Positions 9,997-18,695 of a stretch of DNA of 64,000 nucleotides are shown in pieces. The notes under the pieces are model-generated. The model ran no database searches, was not told where the DNA came from, and saw only the letters and a program-made list of their open reading frames with translations. Positions within the stretch are counted from its first letter, which is position 1; each line of letters opens with the position of its first letter. The DNA is taken from the NCBI GenBank assembly GCA_963748615.1, contig CAVVJQ010000002.1, positions 259,240 through 323,239 on the forward strand, given 5' to 3'. The position numbers and the translations under genes are program-made. The stretch is from an uncultured Thermoplasmata archaeon (GTDB taxonomy: Archaea; Thermoplasmatota; Thermoplasmata; UBA10834).

Positions 9997-10230
9997 TCAG
10001 AACTTAATACCTGTCAAGGTCTTGGTGTCTATGACGCCCGGGATCGAACGGACCTTGTCGACCACAACCTGCCCTAGCAGGTTGAAATCCTCGGCCTCGA
10101 TCTTGGCAATCAGGTCGTACTCTCCGAAGAGAGGGTGCAGCTCGACCACTTCCTTGACCTTCAGTAGTTCGTTATAAACCTCGTGCTCCTTCGCTGGCGC
10201 GGTGCTTATCAGTATAAAACCCACAGCCAT
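9997..10230 (-). CDS. Lrp/AsnC-family ligand-binding (RAM) domain protein, stand-alone
   Basis: From Met 31 of the ORF: MAVGFILISTAPAKEHEVYNELLKVKEVVELHPLFGEYDLIAKIE... is the typical 77 aa RAM-domain pattern. Confidence 0.75.
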   Translation of the reverse strand: MAVGFILISTAPAKEHEVYNELLKVKEVVELHPLFGEYDLIAKIEAEDFNLLGQVVVDKVRSIPGVIDTKTLTGIKF

Positions 10231-10261
10231 CTGGTGCTCACCAATGCGGTATAATGGGCTG

Positions 10262-11038
10262 TCATTTGATAAAGCTTTCGGGCTCTGTGACCGCTGTCCA
10301 GATTTCTGGCAGGACATCACCCGCGCGCCCGCGTAGCGACGTGTCCGCGTAGGTGGTCACGTCGGTCGGTTCAAGATTGACCTCGATCACGCATCCTCCC
10401 GAATTCTTGGTGAGTATCGGAAGCGCGGCGGCCGGGTAGACCATAGCTGATGTTCCTACTACGAACATGACTTCGCATTCGGATGCGACTCCAGATGCTG
10501 CCTCCAGGATCTCTGTCGGCAACGTTTCGCCGAACCACACCACATCCGGACGGAGTATGCTGCCGCATTGGCAAATAGGCGGTATAGTATCCACAGGTGC
10601 TGAGAGGTTCAGGATGGTTCGATCACGATCACACCTCATACGCCATATGTTGCCATGGAGCTCTAAGACGGATGAATTCCCAGCACGATGATGAAGACCA
10701 TCTATGTTCTGGGTGATGACGGTGAACTCGGGATAGAATCGTTCCATCAGCGAGATGATCTCATGCGCACGGTTGGGGCGCGCTTTCATTATCTCTCGCT
10801 GGCGGAGTTGATACCATTCCCACACGAGTCCCGGGTCCTCGGCGAATCCCGCCGTGGTTGCCAGTCGCCTATAATCATACTTCGCCCAGATGCCATCAGC
10901 ACCTCTGAAAGTCGGTATCCCACTCTCCGCGGAGACTCCAGCTCCGGTGAGAACGCTCACCCTCTCCGCATCGCGCAGAAGCTCTAAGATCGTATCATCC
11001 AGCGGTTGAGCGGTGCTCGTCTCCGGTCCGTCACTCAA
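10262..11038 (-). CDS. cobB: NAD-dependent protein deacylase (Sir2 family)
   Basis: GAGVSAESGIPTFRG and ELHGN motifs. The long ORF reaches 11152 but overlaps the upstream kinase. TTG at 11038-11036 forms a TTGA stop/start overlap with the kinase stop and gives a typical ~258 aa sirtuin. Confidence 0.8.
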   Translation of the reverse strand: MSDGPETSTAQPLDDTILELLRDAERVSVLTGAGVSAESGIPTFRGADGIWAKYDYRRLATTAGFAEDPGLVWEWYQLRQREIMKARPNRAHEIISLMERFYPEFTVITQNIDGLHHRAGNSSVLELHGNIWRMRCDRDRTILNLSAPVDTIPPICQCGSILRPDVVWFGETLPTEILEAASGVASECEVMFVVGTSAMVYPAAALPILTKNSGGCVIEVNLEPTDVTTYADTSLRGRAGDVLPEIWTAVTEPESFIK

Positions 11039-11958
11039 ACGTATTTCCTCCGCGCAGCCCTTCTCTGCACCATGTCCCAGGAAGGGAGCGCGCTCTGAGC
11101 ACCGACGCTCTCGACGACGAAGGAAGCCACGGATGCGCCGATCCAGGCGCATTCTTCTATAGGCAGGGATTTGGAAAGGCCCGCGTAGAACCCTGCGCGG
11201 AACGCATCTCCCGCACCAGTCGTATCCGTCACCTTGTCAGGCGGTATCGCACCCACGATGAGATCATCATCGGCTGTGAGTATCCTGCTACCGTCGGCGC
11301 CCTTCGTATGGATGACCATCTTGACATATGACAGAAGCTCTGGATCTTCTTTCAGATTCAGATATTCCTTCGCCCGCTCCAATTCGGAGGAGTTTGCGAA
11401 GAAGATGTCACTCTGCTCCAGCACGAGCTTGAACGTCTCTGGAGTGTAGACATAGTGCAGTTCCTGAGCTGGGTCGAAACACACCGTCCGCTTCTTACGC
11501 CTCGCCCGTCTGGCCACTTTGAGCATGTAGGTGGGGCGGCCCGTGCCCACGTGGACGAACTGCGACGAGTCCACCGTATGGGTCCGCAACGGCAGCTTCT
11601 CCGACTCAAGCACGGCCCCTTGCTCGACGAAGCCTATCTGATTGTGTCCCTTGTCGGAGATCATGATTACGAACGGGGTCCTCTGGCCTCGGACCTTGAC
11701 GACATCCATTGTGTCGACACCTTCCTCGCGGAGCGATTCCATGAACTCTTTTGGAAAATCATCCCCCACGTGGCTCGCGAGGGCGGTCGGGACCCCGAGA
11801 GATGCAGCTATTCTGGCGACATTCGCGCCGGTACCTCCATACTGCTCCTTACGACCTTTCAGCTCCACGCAGGTGTTAGGTCGAGGGAATTCGTCCGAGG
11901 AATAGATGATGTCGATAGCAGTGTGTCCATAAACGCCAAGGAAGTTGTTCTTCCGCAA
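11035..11958 (-). CDS. PfkB-family carbohydrate/nucleoside kinase
   Basis: 307 aa with a ribokinase-like fold and the DTTGAGDAFRAGF ATP-binding signature. Substrate not assignable. Confidence 0.8.
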   Translation of the reverse strand: MRKNNFLGVYGHTAIDIIYSSDEFPRPNTCVELKGRKEQYGGTGANVARIAASLGVPTALASHVGDDFPKEFMESLREEGVDTMDVVKVRGQRTPFVIMISDKGHNQIGFVEQGAVLESEKLPLRTHTVDSSQFVHVGTGRPTYMLKVARRARRKKRTVCFDPAQELHYVYTPETFKLVLEQSDIFFANSSELERAKEYLNLKEDPELLSYVKMVIHTKGADGSRILTADDDLIVGAIPPDKVTDTTGAGDAFRAGFYAGLSKSLPIEECAWIGASVASFVVESVGAQSALPSWDMVQRRAARRKYV

Positions 11959-12078
11959 GATTCGTCCCTCCGAGTGTCCCGTATCGGGTCTTAGATACTT
12001 GAAAAATCGGATGGGACAAGTCTGGTTAACGGCGATAAATGCCTTGATATGACCTACGTGGGCCCGTGCTGTGTACTA

Positions 12079-13323
12079 TTATGTACCTTCCTTCCAGCTC
12101 CGGACATATTGCTGTTGTTCCTTTGACAGCTTATCGATCTTGATGCCCATAGTCTGAAGTTTCAGGCGGGCGACGAGATCGTCGAGATGGTCAGGTACAT
12201 CGTAGACCGCGGGTTCCAGTGTCTGAGCACTGAAGTCCAGATACTCCAGGCACAGCGCTTGGATGGCGAAGCTCATGTCCATGATCTCTGCTGGATGACC
12301 CTGCCCAGCCGCGAGATTGACCAGACGGCCATCCGCGAGGAGGTAGAGGCGTTTGCCGTTCTTCAACACATACTCGTCGACCGAATCTCTGACCTTCTTC
12401 TTTGTCTTGGCCAGTTTCATCAGATCGGTCTTGGAGATCTCGTTATCGAAATGCCCAGAATTCGCGAGGATGCACCCATTCTTCATAGCCTTCATGTCCT
12501 GAGTCGTCACGACGTCCTTGCAGCCCGTGGCCGAGACCAGTATATCGGCATTCTTCACGGCGTCCCTCATGGGCATTACCGCGAACCCGTCCAATTTCGC
12601 CTCTATGGCCCGGATCGGGTCCACCTCGCAGATGGTGACATCTGCACCCATACCCTTCGCGCGCATGGCTATTCCGCGACCGCACCATCCGTAGCCAGCG
12701 ATCACGAAGTTCTTGCCGGCGATCACCAGGTTGGTCGCAGCCATGAAGCCATCCATAGTGGACTGGCCGGTACCATAACGGTTGTCGAACAGGTACTTCA
12801 TGTAGGCGTCATTGACGGACATCACGGGGAACTTGAGCGCGCCTTGCTGTGCCATCGCCCTCAGGCGGAGCACTCCTGTGGTGGTCTCCTCGTTCGCGCC
12901 TTTGACCTTTGAGAGAAGTTCCTTGCGCTTTGTGTGGAGCAGGAATATGAGATCAGCTCCGTCGTCGATGACATAGTCTGGCTTCATATCCAACACTGTG
13001 TTCAGAGAGGCGTAGTAGTCCTTGTTACTCTGCCCCTTCTTTGCATAGGTCTCGAGCCCGTACTTCTCGTTAAGTGCGACGGCGACCGAATCGTCTGTCG
13101 AGAGAGGGTTGCAGCTTGACAGGCGGACCTCCGCTCCCGCCTCCTGTATCGTCAATGCGAGCACGGCGGTCTTGGCCTCCGTGTGGAGAGCCATGGCGAC
13201 CTTGAGTCCCTCGAAGATCTGCTCCTTGACCATCCTGTCGCGTATCTTCGCGAGCACTGGCATATGCGTCCGTGCCCATTCTATCCTGCGTACGCCCTTT
13301 TCGACCAGCTCGTTCTTGGCCAT
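12079..13323 (-). CDS. ahcY: Adenosylhomocysteinase (or the related S-inosylhomocysteine hydrolase)
   Basis: 414 aa, short archaeal type. NAD-binding GYGWCGRG, conserved throughout. Confidence 0.9.
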   Translation of the reverse strand: MAKNELVEKGVRRIEWARTHMPVLAKIRDRMVKEQIFEGLKVAMALHTEAKTAVLALTIQEAGAEVRLSSCNPLSTDDSVAVALNEKYGLETYAKKGQSNKDYYASLNTVLDMKPDYVIDDGADLIFLLHTKRKELLSKVKGANEETTTGVLRLRAMAQQGALKFPVMSVNDAYMKYLFDNRYGTGQSTMDGFMAATNLVIAGKNFVIAGYGWCGRGIAMRAKGMGADVTICEVDPIRAIEAKLDGFAVMPMRDAVKNADILVSATGCKDVVTTQDMKAMKNGCILANSGHFDNEISKTDLMKLAKTKKKVRDSVDEYVLKNGKRLYLLADGRLVNLAAGQGHPAEIMDMSFAIQALCLEYLDFSAQTLEPAVYDVPDHLDDLVARLKLQTMGIKIDKLSKEQQQYVRSWKEGT

Positions 13324-13470
13324 GATATCGTGAATCCCATCGGTTGTATGGTAGATAACAGTTTTCGAATCACGACATCTCGGTCGCCATGATTGGATAG
13401 ATCGTCCGCAGAATAACCAATCGATCAGTTACGTCGTCACTGGCACGCAGGTAATGAATGCTAGAATGGA

Positions 13471-14217
13471 TCATCCCAGTTTGCCGAGGTTGCATTGCAT
13501 GATATTCATCACGGCTTGGAGATTGGCGTCGCGATCATAATTCGTCAGCAAGCGTTCCTGCTCGGATGCATCATCTTCCAACTCCTCTGCGAACAGAGAT
13601 ATCTCGGGTAGCGCTTTGGTGACTTCGTCGACGATCGCGACGGTTCCTGACCGCGAAGTCCGCGACAGCGGATTCAGGTCGACGACGATCGTCTTCTTCC
13701 CCATCTTCGACAGGGCCTCGGCACGGTCTCCGTCCTCGAGCGGTATGAGGACGACATCCGCTGAGTGGATGCCATCACCGCAGCAGAGCCCTCGCATGCT
13801 GTCGACACCTTCCAGACGCGCATCTGGCAATAAGCCGAGCACATCCTTCGCACCATGATCTTCCAGAACCTTCTGTATCTTCGCGACGCGCTGGTCCGAC
13901 CTGTGGAAGAGGCCGACCTCGATCTTCGCACCGGTCACTTCAGCCAAACGAACGACCTCGCCGGGACACAGCGCAGCGACATTCCCGTTTACGGATATGA
14001 CAGGATTCTTCGCCAGAAGCATGAGCGCGGCGGCGGCCCGTTCTGCGGTTCGAGCCTCCTTGGTCGTCCTCTCTCCGAGGAGGTAATAGAACATCTCTCC
14101 CCGTCCATGTGCGATCAACCCTTGCGCGGCCACTATACCATCGTTAAAGCCTGTCACTAGTCGCTCCCTAAGCATCAGGGAATCGTATCGTGGATGACTC
14201 TTGGGAATCTCCGTCAT
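13471..14217 (-). CDS. 4-phosphopantoate--beta-alanine ligase (archaeal phosphopantothenate synthetase)
   Basis: MTEIPKSHPRYDSLMLRERL...GLIAHGRGEMFYYLLGERT matches the archaeal PPS family. Start taken at Met 24 of the ORF, which extends to 14286. Confidence 0.8.
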   Translation of the reverse strand: MTEIPKSHPRYDSLMLRERLVTGFNDGIVAAQGLIAHGRGEMFYYLLGERTTKEARTAERAAAALMLLAKNPVISVNGNVAALCPGEVVRLAEVTGAKIEVGLFHRSDQRVAKIQKVLEDHGAKDVLGLLPDARLEGVDSMRGLCCGDGIHSADVVLIPLEDGDRAEALSKMGKKTIVVDLNPLSRTSRSGTVAIVDEVTKALPEISLFAEELEDDASEQERLLTNYDRDANLQAVMNIMQCNLGKLG

Positions 14218-14344
14218 GGTAAACCTTCTCAAGGCCGCCCCCTCACGCACGGGACCGGTTCCAGTATGACCCAGATATATGCTCAAACCTTAAATACCTT
14301 GAGAAAAACATTATATATAACCATACACATAGGGCGCTCAGCAC

Positions 14345-14357
14345 AAATTATATATAC
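14345..14357 (+). promoter_or_regulatory. TATA-like box upstream of gar1-tfb
   Basis: AAATTATATATAC ends about 15 nt before the gar1 ATG at 14372. A second TTATATATA lies at about 14311-14319 in the divergent intergenic region. Confidence 0.4.
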
Positions 14358-14371
14358 GATTCGGTGAGACG

Positions 14372-14632
14372 ATGCAGCTTCTCGGAGTGGTTCAAGATAT
14401 TTCCCACGACGGGAGGCTCATTGTGAAAGCTCGGTTCGCGCCGAATGTAAGAACCATCGTGAGGGATAACTTGAAGGGGGAGGTCGGAAGAGTGGTGAAA
14501 GTTTTTGGTCCGACCCGGTCGCCTTATGTGGCAATAGAACCGCGAAGAGAACTCAGGACCCTTGCTGTGCTCGGCAAGGAAGTCTACGTTCAGCAGGAGT
14601 GGGACCATGGCAAAGGTAAGAGAAGAAACTGA
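14372..14632 (+). CDS. gar1: H/ACA ribonucleoprotein complex subunit Gar1
   Basis: 86 aa. [17 protein letters not shown]...[20 protein letters not shown] matches archaeal Gar1. Confidence 0.85.
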   Translation: MQLLGVVQDISHDGRLIVKARFAPNVRTIVRDNLKGEVGRVVKVFGPTRSPYVAIEPRRELRTLAVLGKEVYVQQEWDHGKGKRRN

Positions 14633-15539
14633 GCAGGTCGAGAGATGCCCTGAATGCAACAGCGCTCATCTGGTGAGAGACTACGAGCGAGGAGAACTCG
14701 TCTGCGAGGACTGCGGGATAGTCCTGGACGACCAGCTAATAGACCAAGGGCCCGAATGGAGGGCCTTCGATGTGGAACAGGGGGAGAAGAGGGCGAGGAC
14801 TGGCGCGCCGATGACCTACACCATCCACGACAAGGGTCTCTCCACAGAGATATCTTGGAAGAACAAGGATTCTTACGGGAAGAGCATCCCGACCAGGAAC
14901 AGGGCCCAATTGTACAGATTGAGGAAGTGGCAGCGCAGAATACGTGTATCGAACGCCACCGAGAGGAACCTCGCGTTCGCACTGAGCGAACTCGATCGTA
15001 TGGCCTCTTCGATGGGGCTGCCGAGGAATGTGAGGGAGACCGCCGCGATGACTTACAGGAAGGCGGTCAACAAGAACCTCATACGTGGCAGGAGCATCGA
15101 GGGAGTCGTCGCGGCATCGTTGTACGCAGCATGCAGACAGTGCAATGTGCCGAGAACCCTGGATGAAGTCGCGAACTCGTCCAGAGTCGGTCGCAAGGAG
15201 ATCGGCAGGACATACAGGTTCATGACGAGGGAGCTCAAGCTGAAGCTCATGCCAACGAAGCCTCAGGACTACGTATCCAGGTTCTGCTCGGAGCTGAAAC
15301 TCTCCGGAGAGGTCCAAGCGAAGGCGGCGGAGATACTCAAGGACGCTGCGAAGAAGGAACTCACCTCTGGAAGGGGACCGACGGGAGTAGCCGCGGCTGC
15401 GATCTACATCTCATCCATCCTGTGCAACGAGCGCAGGACGCAGAGAGAGGTAGCTGATATCGCGGGCGTGACCGAGGTCACCATCAGGAACAGGTACAAG
15501 GAGCTCACGGAGAAGCTCGGTATCGAAGTCCAGCTCTGA
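14607..15539 (+). CDS. tfb: Transcription initiation factor IIB (TFB)
   Basis: Zn ribbon [24 protein letters not shown] followed by two cyclin-like repeats. ATG at 14607 overlaps the gar1 3' end by 26 nt. Confidence 0.9.
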   Translation: MAKVREETEQVERCPECNSAHLVRDYERGELVCEDCGIVLDDQLIDQGPEWRAFDVEQGEKRARTGAPMTYTIHDKGLSTEISWKNKDSYGKSIPTRNRAQLYRLRKWQRRIRVSNATERNLAFALSELDRMASSMGLPRNVRETAAMTYRKAVNKNLIRGRSIEGVVAASLYAACRQCNVPRTLDEVANSSRVGRKEIGRTYRFMTRELKLKLMPTKPQDYVSRFCSELKLSGEVQAKAAEILKDAAKKELTSGRGPTGVAAAAIYISSILCNERRTQREVADIAGVTEVTIRNRYKELTEKLGIEVQL

Positions 15540-15661
15540 GATTCTGACCGGCAAACTACTTCCCCAAACCCGATTCATCTTCGTTTTCATGCATAAACTC
15601 AGATAGTGAAACGGACAACTTTTTATGCAGTCCTGACCTTAGGCGTGACGGGGAGAACACC

Positions 15662-16672
15662 TTGATCAAGATAGGGATCAACGGATTCGGAAGGATCGGA
15701 AGGAACGTTTACAGAGCTGCGATCGAGAAGGAAGGGTACGGCAAGGACTTCGAGATCGTCGCGGTCAACGACATCGCACCCCTTGATTCACTGGCGTACA
15801 TGCTCAAGTGGGACTCGGTCTACGGCAAGATCGGCGAAGAGGTCAAGAAGGACGTGTCCGGGGTCACCGTGGGGAACAGCAGGTTCGAGATCACCCAGAT
15901 CAGAGAGCCTTCTGAGATCCCGTGGAGGAAGTTCGGTGTTGATGTCGTCATAGAATCCACTGGATTGTTCACAGACAAGGAGAAGGCGTCCAAGCACATG
16001 GTCGGCGGCGCGAGGAAGGTCATCATATCCGCTCCGTCCAAGGATGCGGACGCGACCTTGGTCATAGGCGTCAACATGGACACTTATGACAGAACGACCC
16101 ACAACGTCGTGAGCATGGCGTCCTGCACAACTGGCAGTCTGGCGCCTCCGGCGAAGATCATCAACGACATCTTCGGCATCGAGCAGGGCATGATGACGAC
16201 GATACATGCGTACACCGGGGACCAGAAGCTCATCGACCTCCCGCACAAGGACTTCAGGAGGGGCAGGGCGGCCGCACTCTCGATCATACCGACATCGACC
16301 GGGGCCGCGAAGGCGATCGGGACGGTGATTCCCGCGCTGAAGGGCAAGATGAACGGTCTGGCGCTCAGGGTACCGACACCGGTCGGCTCAGTGACGGACC
16401 TGAGCTTCACGACGAAGGCGGAGGTCACTGCCGATGATATCAACGCAGCATTGAAACAGGCTGCGGAGGGCCCGATGAAGGGCGTGATGGAGTTCTGCGA
16501 AGAACCGATCGTCTCGATGGATGTCGTGGGCAACCCGCACTCGAGCGTGATAGACTCCCTCTCCACGATGGTCATAGGTGGTAAGGGCCATGCCGCGAAG
16601 ATTCTGTCATGGTATGATAACGAATGGGGATACGCCAACAGACTCGTGGACCTCACGGGCAGACTCCTGTGA
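15662..16672 (+). CDS. gap: Type I (bacterial/eukaryal-type) glyceraldehyde-3-phosphate dehydrogenase
   Basis: KIGINGFGRIGRNV NAD-binding start and ASCTT active site. 336 aa. Apparent TTG start codon. Confidence 0.9.
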   Translation: MIKIGINGFGRIGRNVYRAAIEKEGYGKDFEIVAVNDIAPLDSLAYMLKWDSVYGKIGEEVKKDVSGVTVGNSRFEITQIREPSEIPWRKFGVDVVIESTGLFTDKEKASKHMVGGARKVIISAPSKDADATLVIGVNMDTYDRTTHNVVSMASCTTGSLAPPAKIINDIFGIEQGMMTTIHAYTGDQKLIDLPHKDFRRGRAAALSIIPTSTGAAKAIGTVIPALKGKMNGLALRVPTPVGSVTDLSFTTKAEVTADDINAALKQAAEGPMKGVMEFCEEPIVSMDVVGNPHSSVIDSLSTMVIGGKGHAAKILSWYDNEWGYANRLVDLTGRLL

Positions 16673-16728
16673 TACGTTAGGATTGCCGTGCCAACGATTA
16701 TTAGTCCGCACGGGCTAGTAGCAATGCC

Positions 16729-16887
16729 ATGGTATCCTGCTACGACTGCGACCGTTTCGGCATCGAGTGCAAGGGCATATTGCCGCCGATGGAGTACCGA
16801 GACAAGATCGACGAATACTGCAAGCGCTACAAACAGGTACCCTGGAGAGATGAACTCTACAAATCAGGTGGAAGCTCCAGGATATGA
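16729..16887 (+). CDS. Candidate small Cys-containing protein (52 aa), below the ORF-track cutoff
   Basis: ATG 16729 to TGA 16885-16887 gives MVSCYDCDRFGIECKGILPPMEYRDKIDEYCKRYKQVPWRDELYKSGGSSRI. Codon choice (gac, aag, tac, atc, gag) resembles neighbouring genes. It fills the gap-endA intergenic space exactly. Confidence 0.35.
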   Translation: MVSCYDCDRFGIECKGILPPMEYRDKIDEYCKRYKQVPWRDELYKSGGSSRI

Positions 16888-17943
16888 TCACGGTCTGAAC
16901 CTGTTCAGACAGACATATTCGACAGCATCCTTCTTCACGCGCCCTAGGAGTATCTCCTTCTTGACGCCATGAGCTAATCGCACGGCCCTGCTGACCTCGG
17001 GCCACATGGTGGTATAACTCTCCGGCACGGCATGTACAAGGAACCGTGCGTGCTGTTTGTCAGGGTCACCTTCGTATGCACGGAAATGGGAACCGTACTT
17101 GAACCCGGTCTTGACTATCAGTCCCTTCCCTTTCAGGTCCTTGAAAGCGCTGAGGCGCAGATCGAAATCCGGTTGCACCGCACGCGCACGTTTCTTGAGA
17201 GTCGCGAGGCTGAGCGGGCGGTTCGTCTTCGCGTCCCTGAGCTTCAGGGCGCCCAGCTCAGTCAGGAAGACCGCCTCGATCAGTGATAACTGCAGTGCGG
17301 CACCTATCATCTTGCCAAAGTAGTGTCCTCCGTGCAGAGCCTTCAGAGAGTCTGTGTCATCCACGAGGACCCTGTCCGCCATGAGCAGACCTTCGGATGG
17401 GACACTGAGGTCGACAGCGCCCAACCGGCCCTTTGGTGAGATACGCCTGACATCGTAATATGTCACATCGCTCTCCTCATCCACTACCGCGAGGAGCAGC
17501 TTCTTCCTGACATCGGATGTGTGATCCAGATTGGTCAGAAGATCGCCCAGGTCGAACGTGGACCGCTCGGATATGGCCGCGACCCACCACTTGCTCGGGG
17601 TCTTGTTGGGCGATCCGCCCCTGGGGAACACTCTGAAATCCAGTGGGGGGCTGCTGAGTTTCACGATATAGCCTCTCTGCCTCAGCTCCCTGTAGACGAG
17701 ATATCTGACTTCGAAACCTTCCGAGGTCTTGTGGGCGAGTCTCAGGAGTTCGCCGGCACTCATTGACTTTCCATCGGACAAAACCTCCAGCCGCCCACAT
17801 TCGACCAGGTAGGTGGCTTCCATGATGTCCATCTTGAGGCTTCCGCCAGATTGAGGGACGCCGTAGTACCCCTTGTTGTAGACCTGACTCGATTCGGACT
17901 GGTCATTCACGATGACTTCGCGGCCTTTGAGCTCTCCAGGCAT
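16888..17943 (-). CDS. endA: tRNA-splicing endonuclease, two-domain (alpha'2-type) form
   Basis: 351 aa, about twice the single-unit length. C-terminal catalytic unit has GFKYGSHFRAYEGDP. The N-terminal unit is degenerate. Confidence 0.85.
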   Translation of the reverse strand: MPGELKGREVIVNDQSESSQVYNKGYYGVPQSGGSLKMDIMEATYLVECGRLEVLSDGKSMSAGELLRLAHKTSEGFEVRYLVYRELRQRGYIVKLSSPPLDFRVFPRGGSPNKTPSKWWVAAISERSTFDLGDLLTNLDHTSDVRKKLLLAVVDEESDVTYYDVRRISPKGRLGAVDLSVPSEGLLMADRVLVDDTDSLKALHGGHYFGKMIGAALQLSLIEAVFLTELGALKLRDAKTNRPLSLATLKKRARAVQPDFDLRLSAFKDLKGKGLIVKTGFKYGSHFRAYEGDPDKQHARFLVHAVPESYTTMWPEVSRAVRLAHGVKKEILLGRVKKDAVEYVCLNRFRP

Positions 17944-18111
17944 TCAGCGAGGATATCATAACCAGGTATTATTAGTGTTCCAGAAGAGGGCATGAGGAGT
18001 CTTCCTCGGCAGAGGAGCACCGCGTGGGACCCTCACGAGCAAGTCACAAGTTTCATATAGAAGTGCAAACATAATTGACCTTGAGGTCCAGAGCCTCATC
18101 GAAATTCATAG

Positions 18112-18624
18112 GTGGATGAGATGATAAGAAGGAAGGACAGACGCGAAGGACTGGTGACCTCGGACTACTGGGGCCCCAGCATGGTGAGTCCATGGTCGTT
18201 GCTTGGTGACATGGACCGCATATTCGATGATTTCAGATCAGAATGGGAGACGATGTTCGTCATGCCGCAGACGATGACGACAGATATGGTCAGGCAGCCT
18301 TTGATCGATCTGGTGGACAACGGCAAGGACTTCCTTGTCACGGTCGAGATCCCTGGCATCAAGAAAGACGACCTCAAGATCGAGGTCACCGAGAGCGACC
18401 TCGAGATATCGGGGGAGACACAGGTCGATGAGAAGAGAGAGGACAAGGAGTCTGGCTACATCCGAAGGGAGCGCAGGTTCTCCAAGTTCTACCGATCCGT
18501 GCCTCTGCCAGAGAATGTACGGACGGACAAGGTAGAGGCTGAGCTGAAGGACGGGGTGCTCTCAGTGCGACTGCCGAAGGCTGCTCCTCCGGAGAAGAAG
18601 TCCCGGAAAGTCGCGATAAAGTGA
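18112..18624 (+). CDS. Hsp20/alpha-crystallin small heat-shock protein
   Basis: The alpha-crystallin domain runs PLIDLVDNGKDFLVTVEIPGIKKDDLKIEV...AELKDGVLSVRLPK. The ORF starts at GTG 18112, with an alternative ATG at 18121. Confidence 0.9.
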   Translation: MDEMIRRKDRREGLVTSDYWGPSMVSPWSLLGDMDRIFDDFRSEWETMFVMPQTMTTDMVRQPLIDLVDNGKDFLVTVEIPGIKKDDLKIEVTESDLEISGETQVDEKREDKESGYIRRERRFSKFYRSVPLPENVRTDKVEAELKDGVLSVRLPKAAPPEKKSRKVAIK

Positions 18625-18695
18625 TTGAGGGGGAAAGAAATCGCTTTCATCTCACATTTCTCAATGACGTTAACAGGAAATGATCGGTGCTTGAA

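Noticed and set aside
10262-11038. Sir2-domain gene as a possible anti-phage defence component (Thoeris/DSR-like).
   Set aside because: It is a short canonical sirtuin with standard NAD-binding and catalytic motifs in a metabolic neighbourhood. There is no partner effector or sensor gene.
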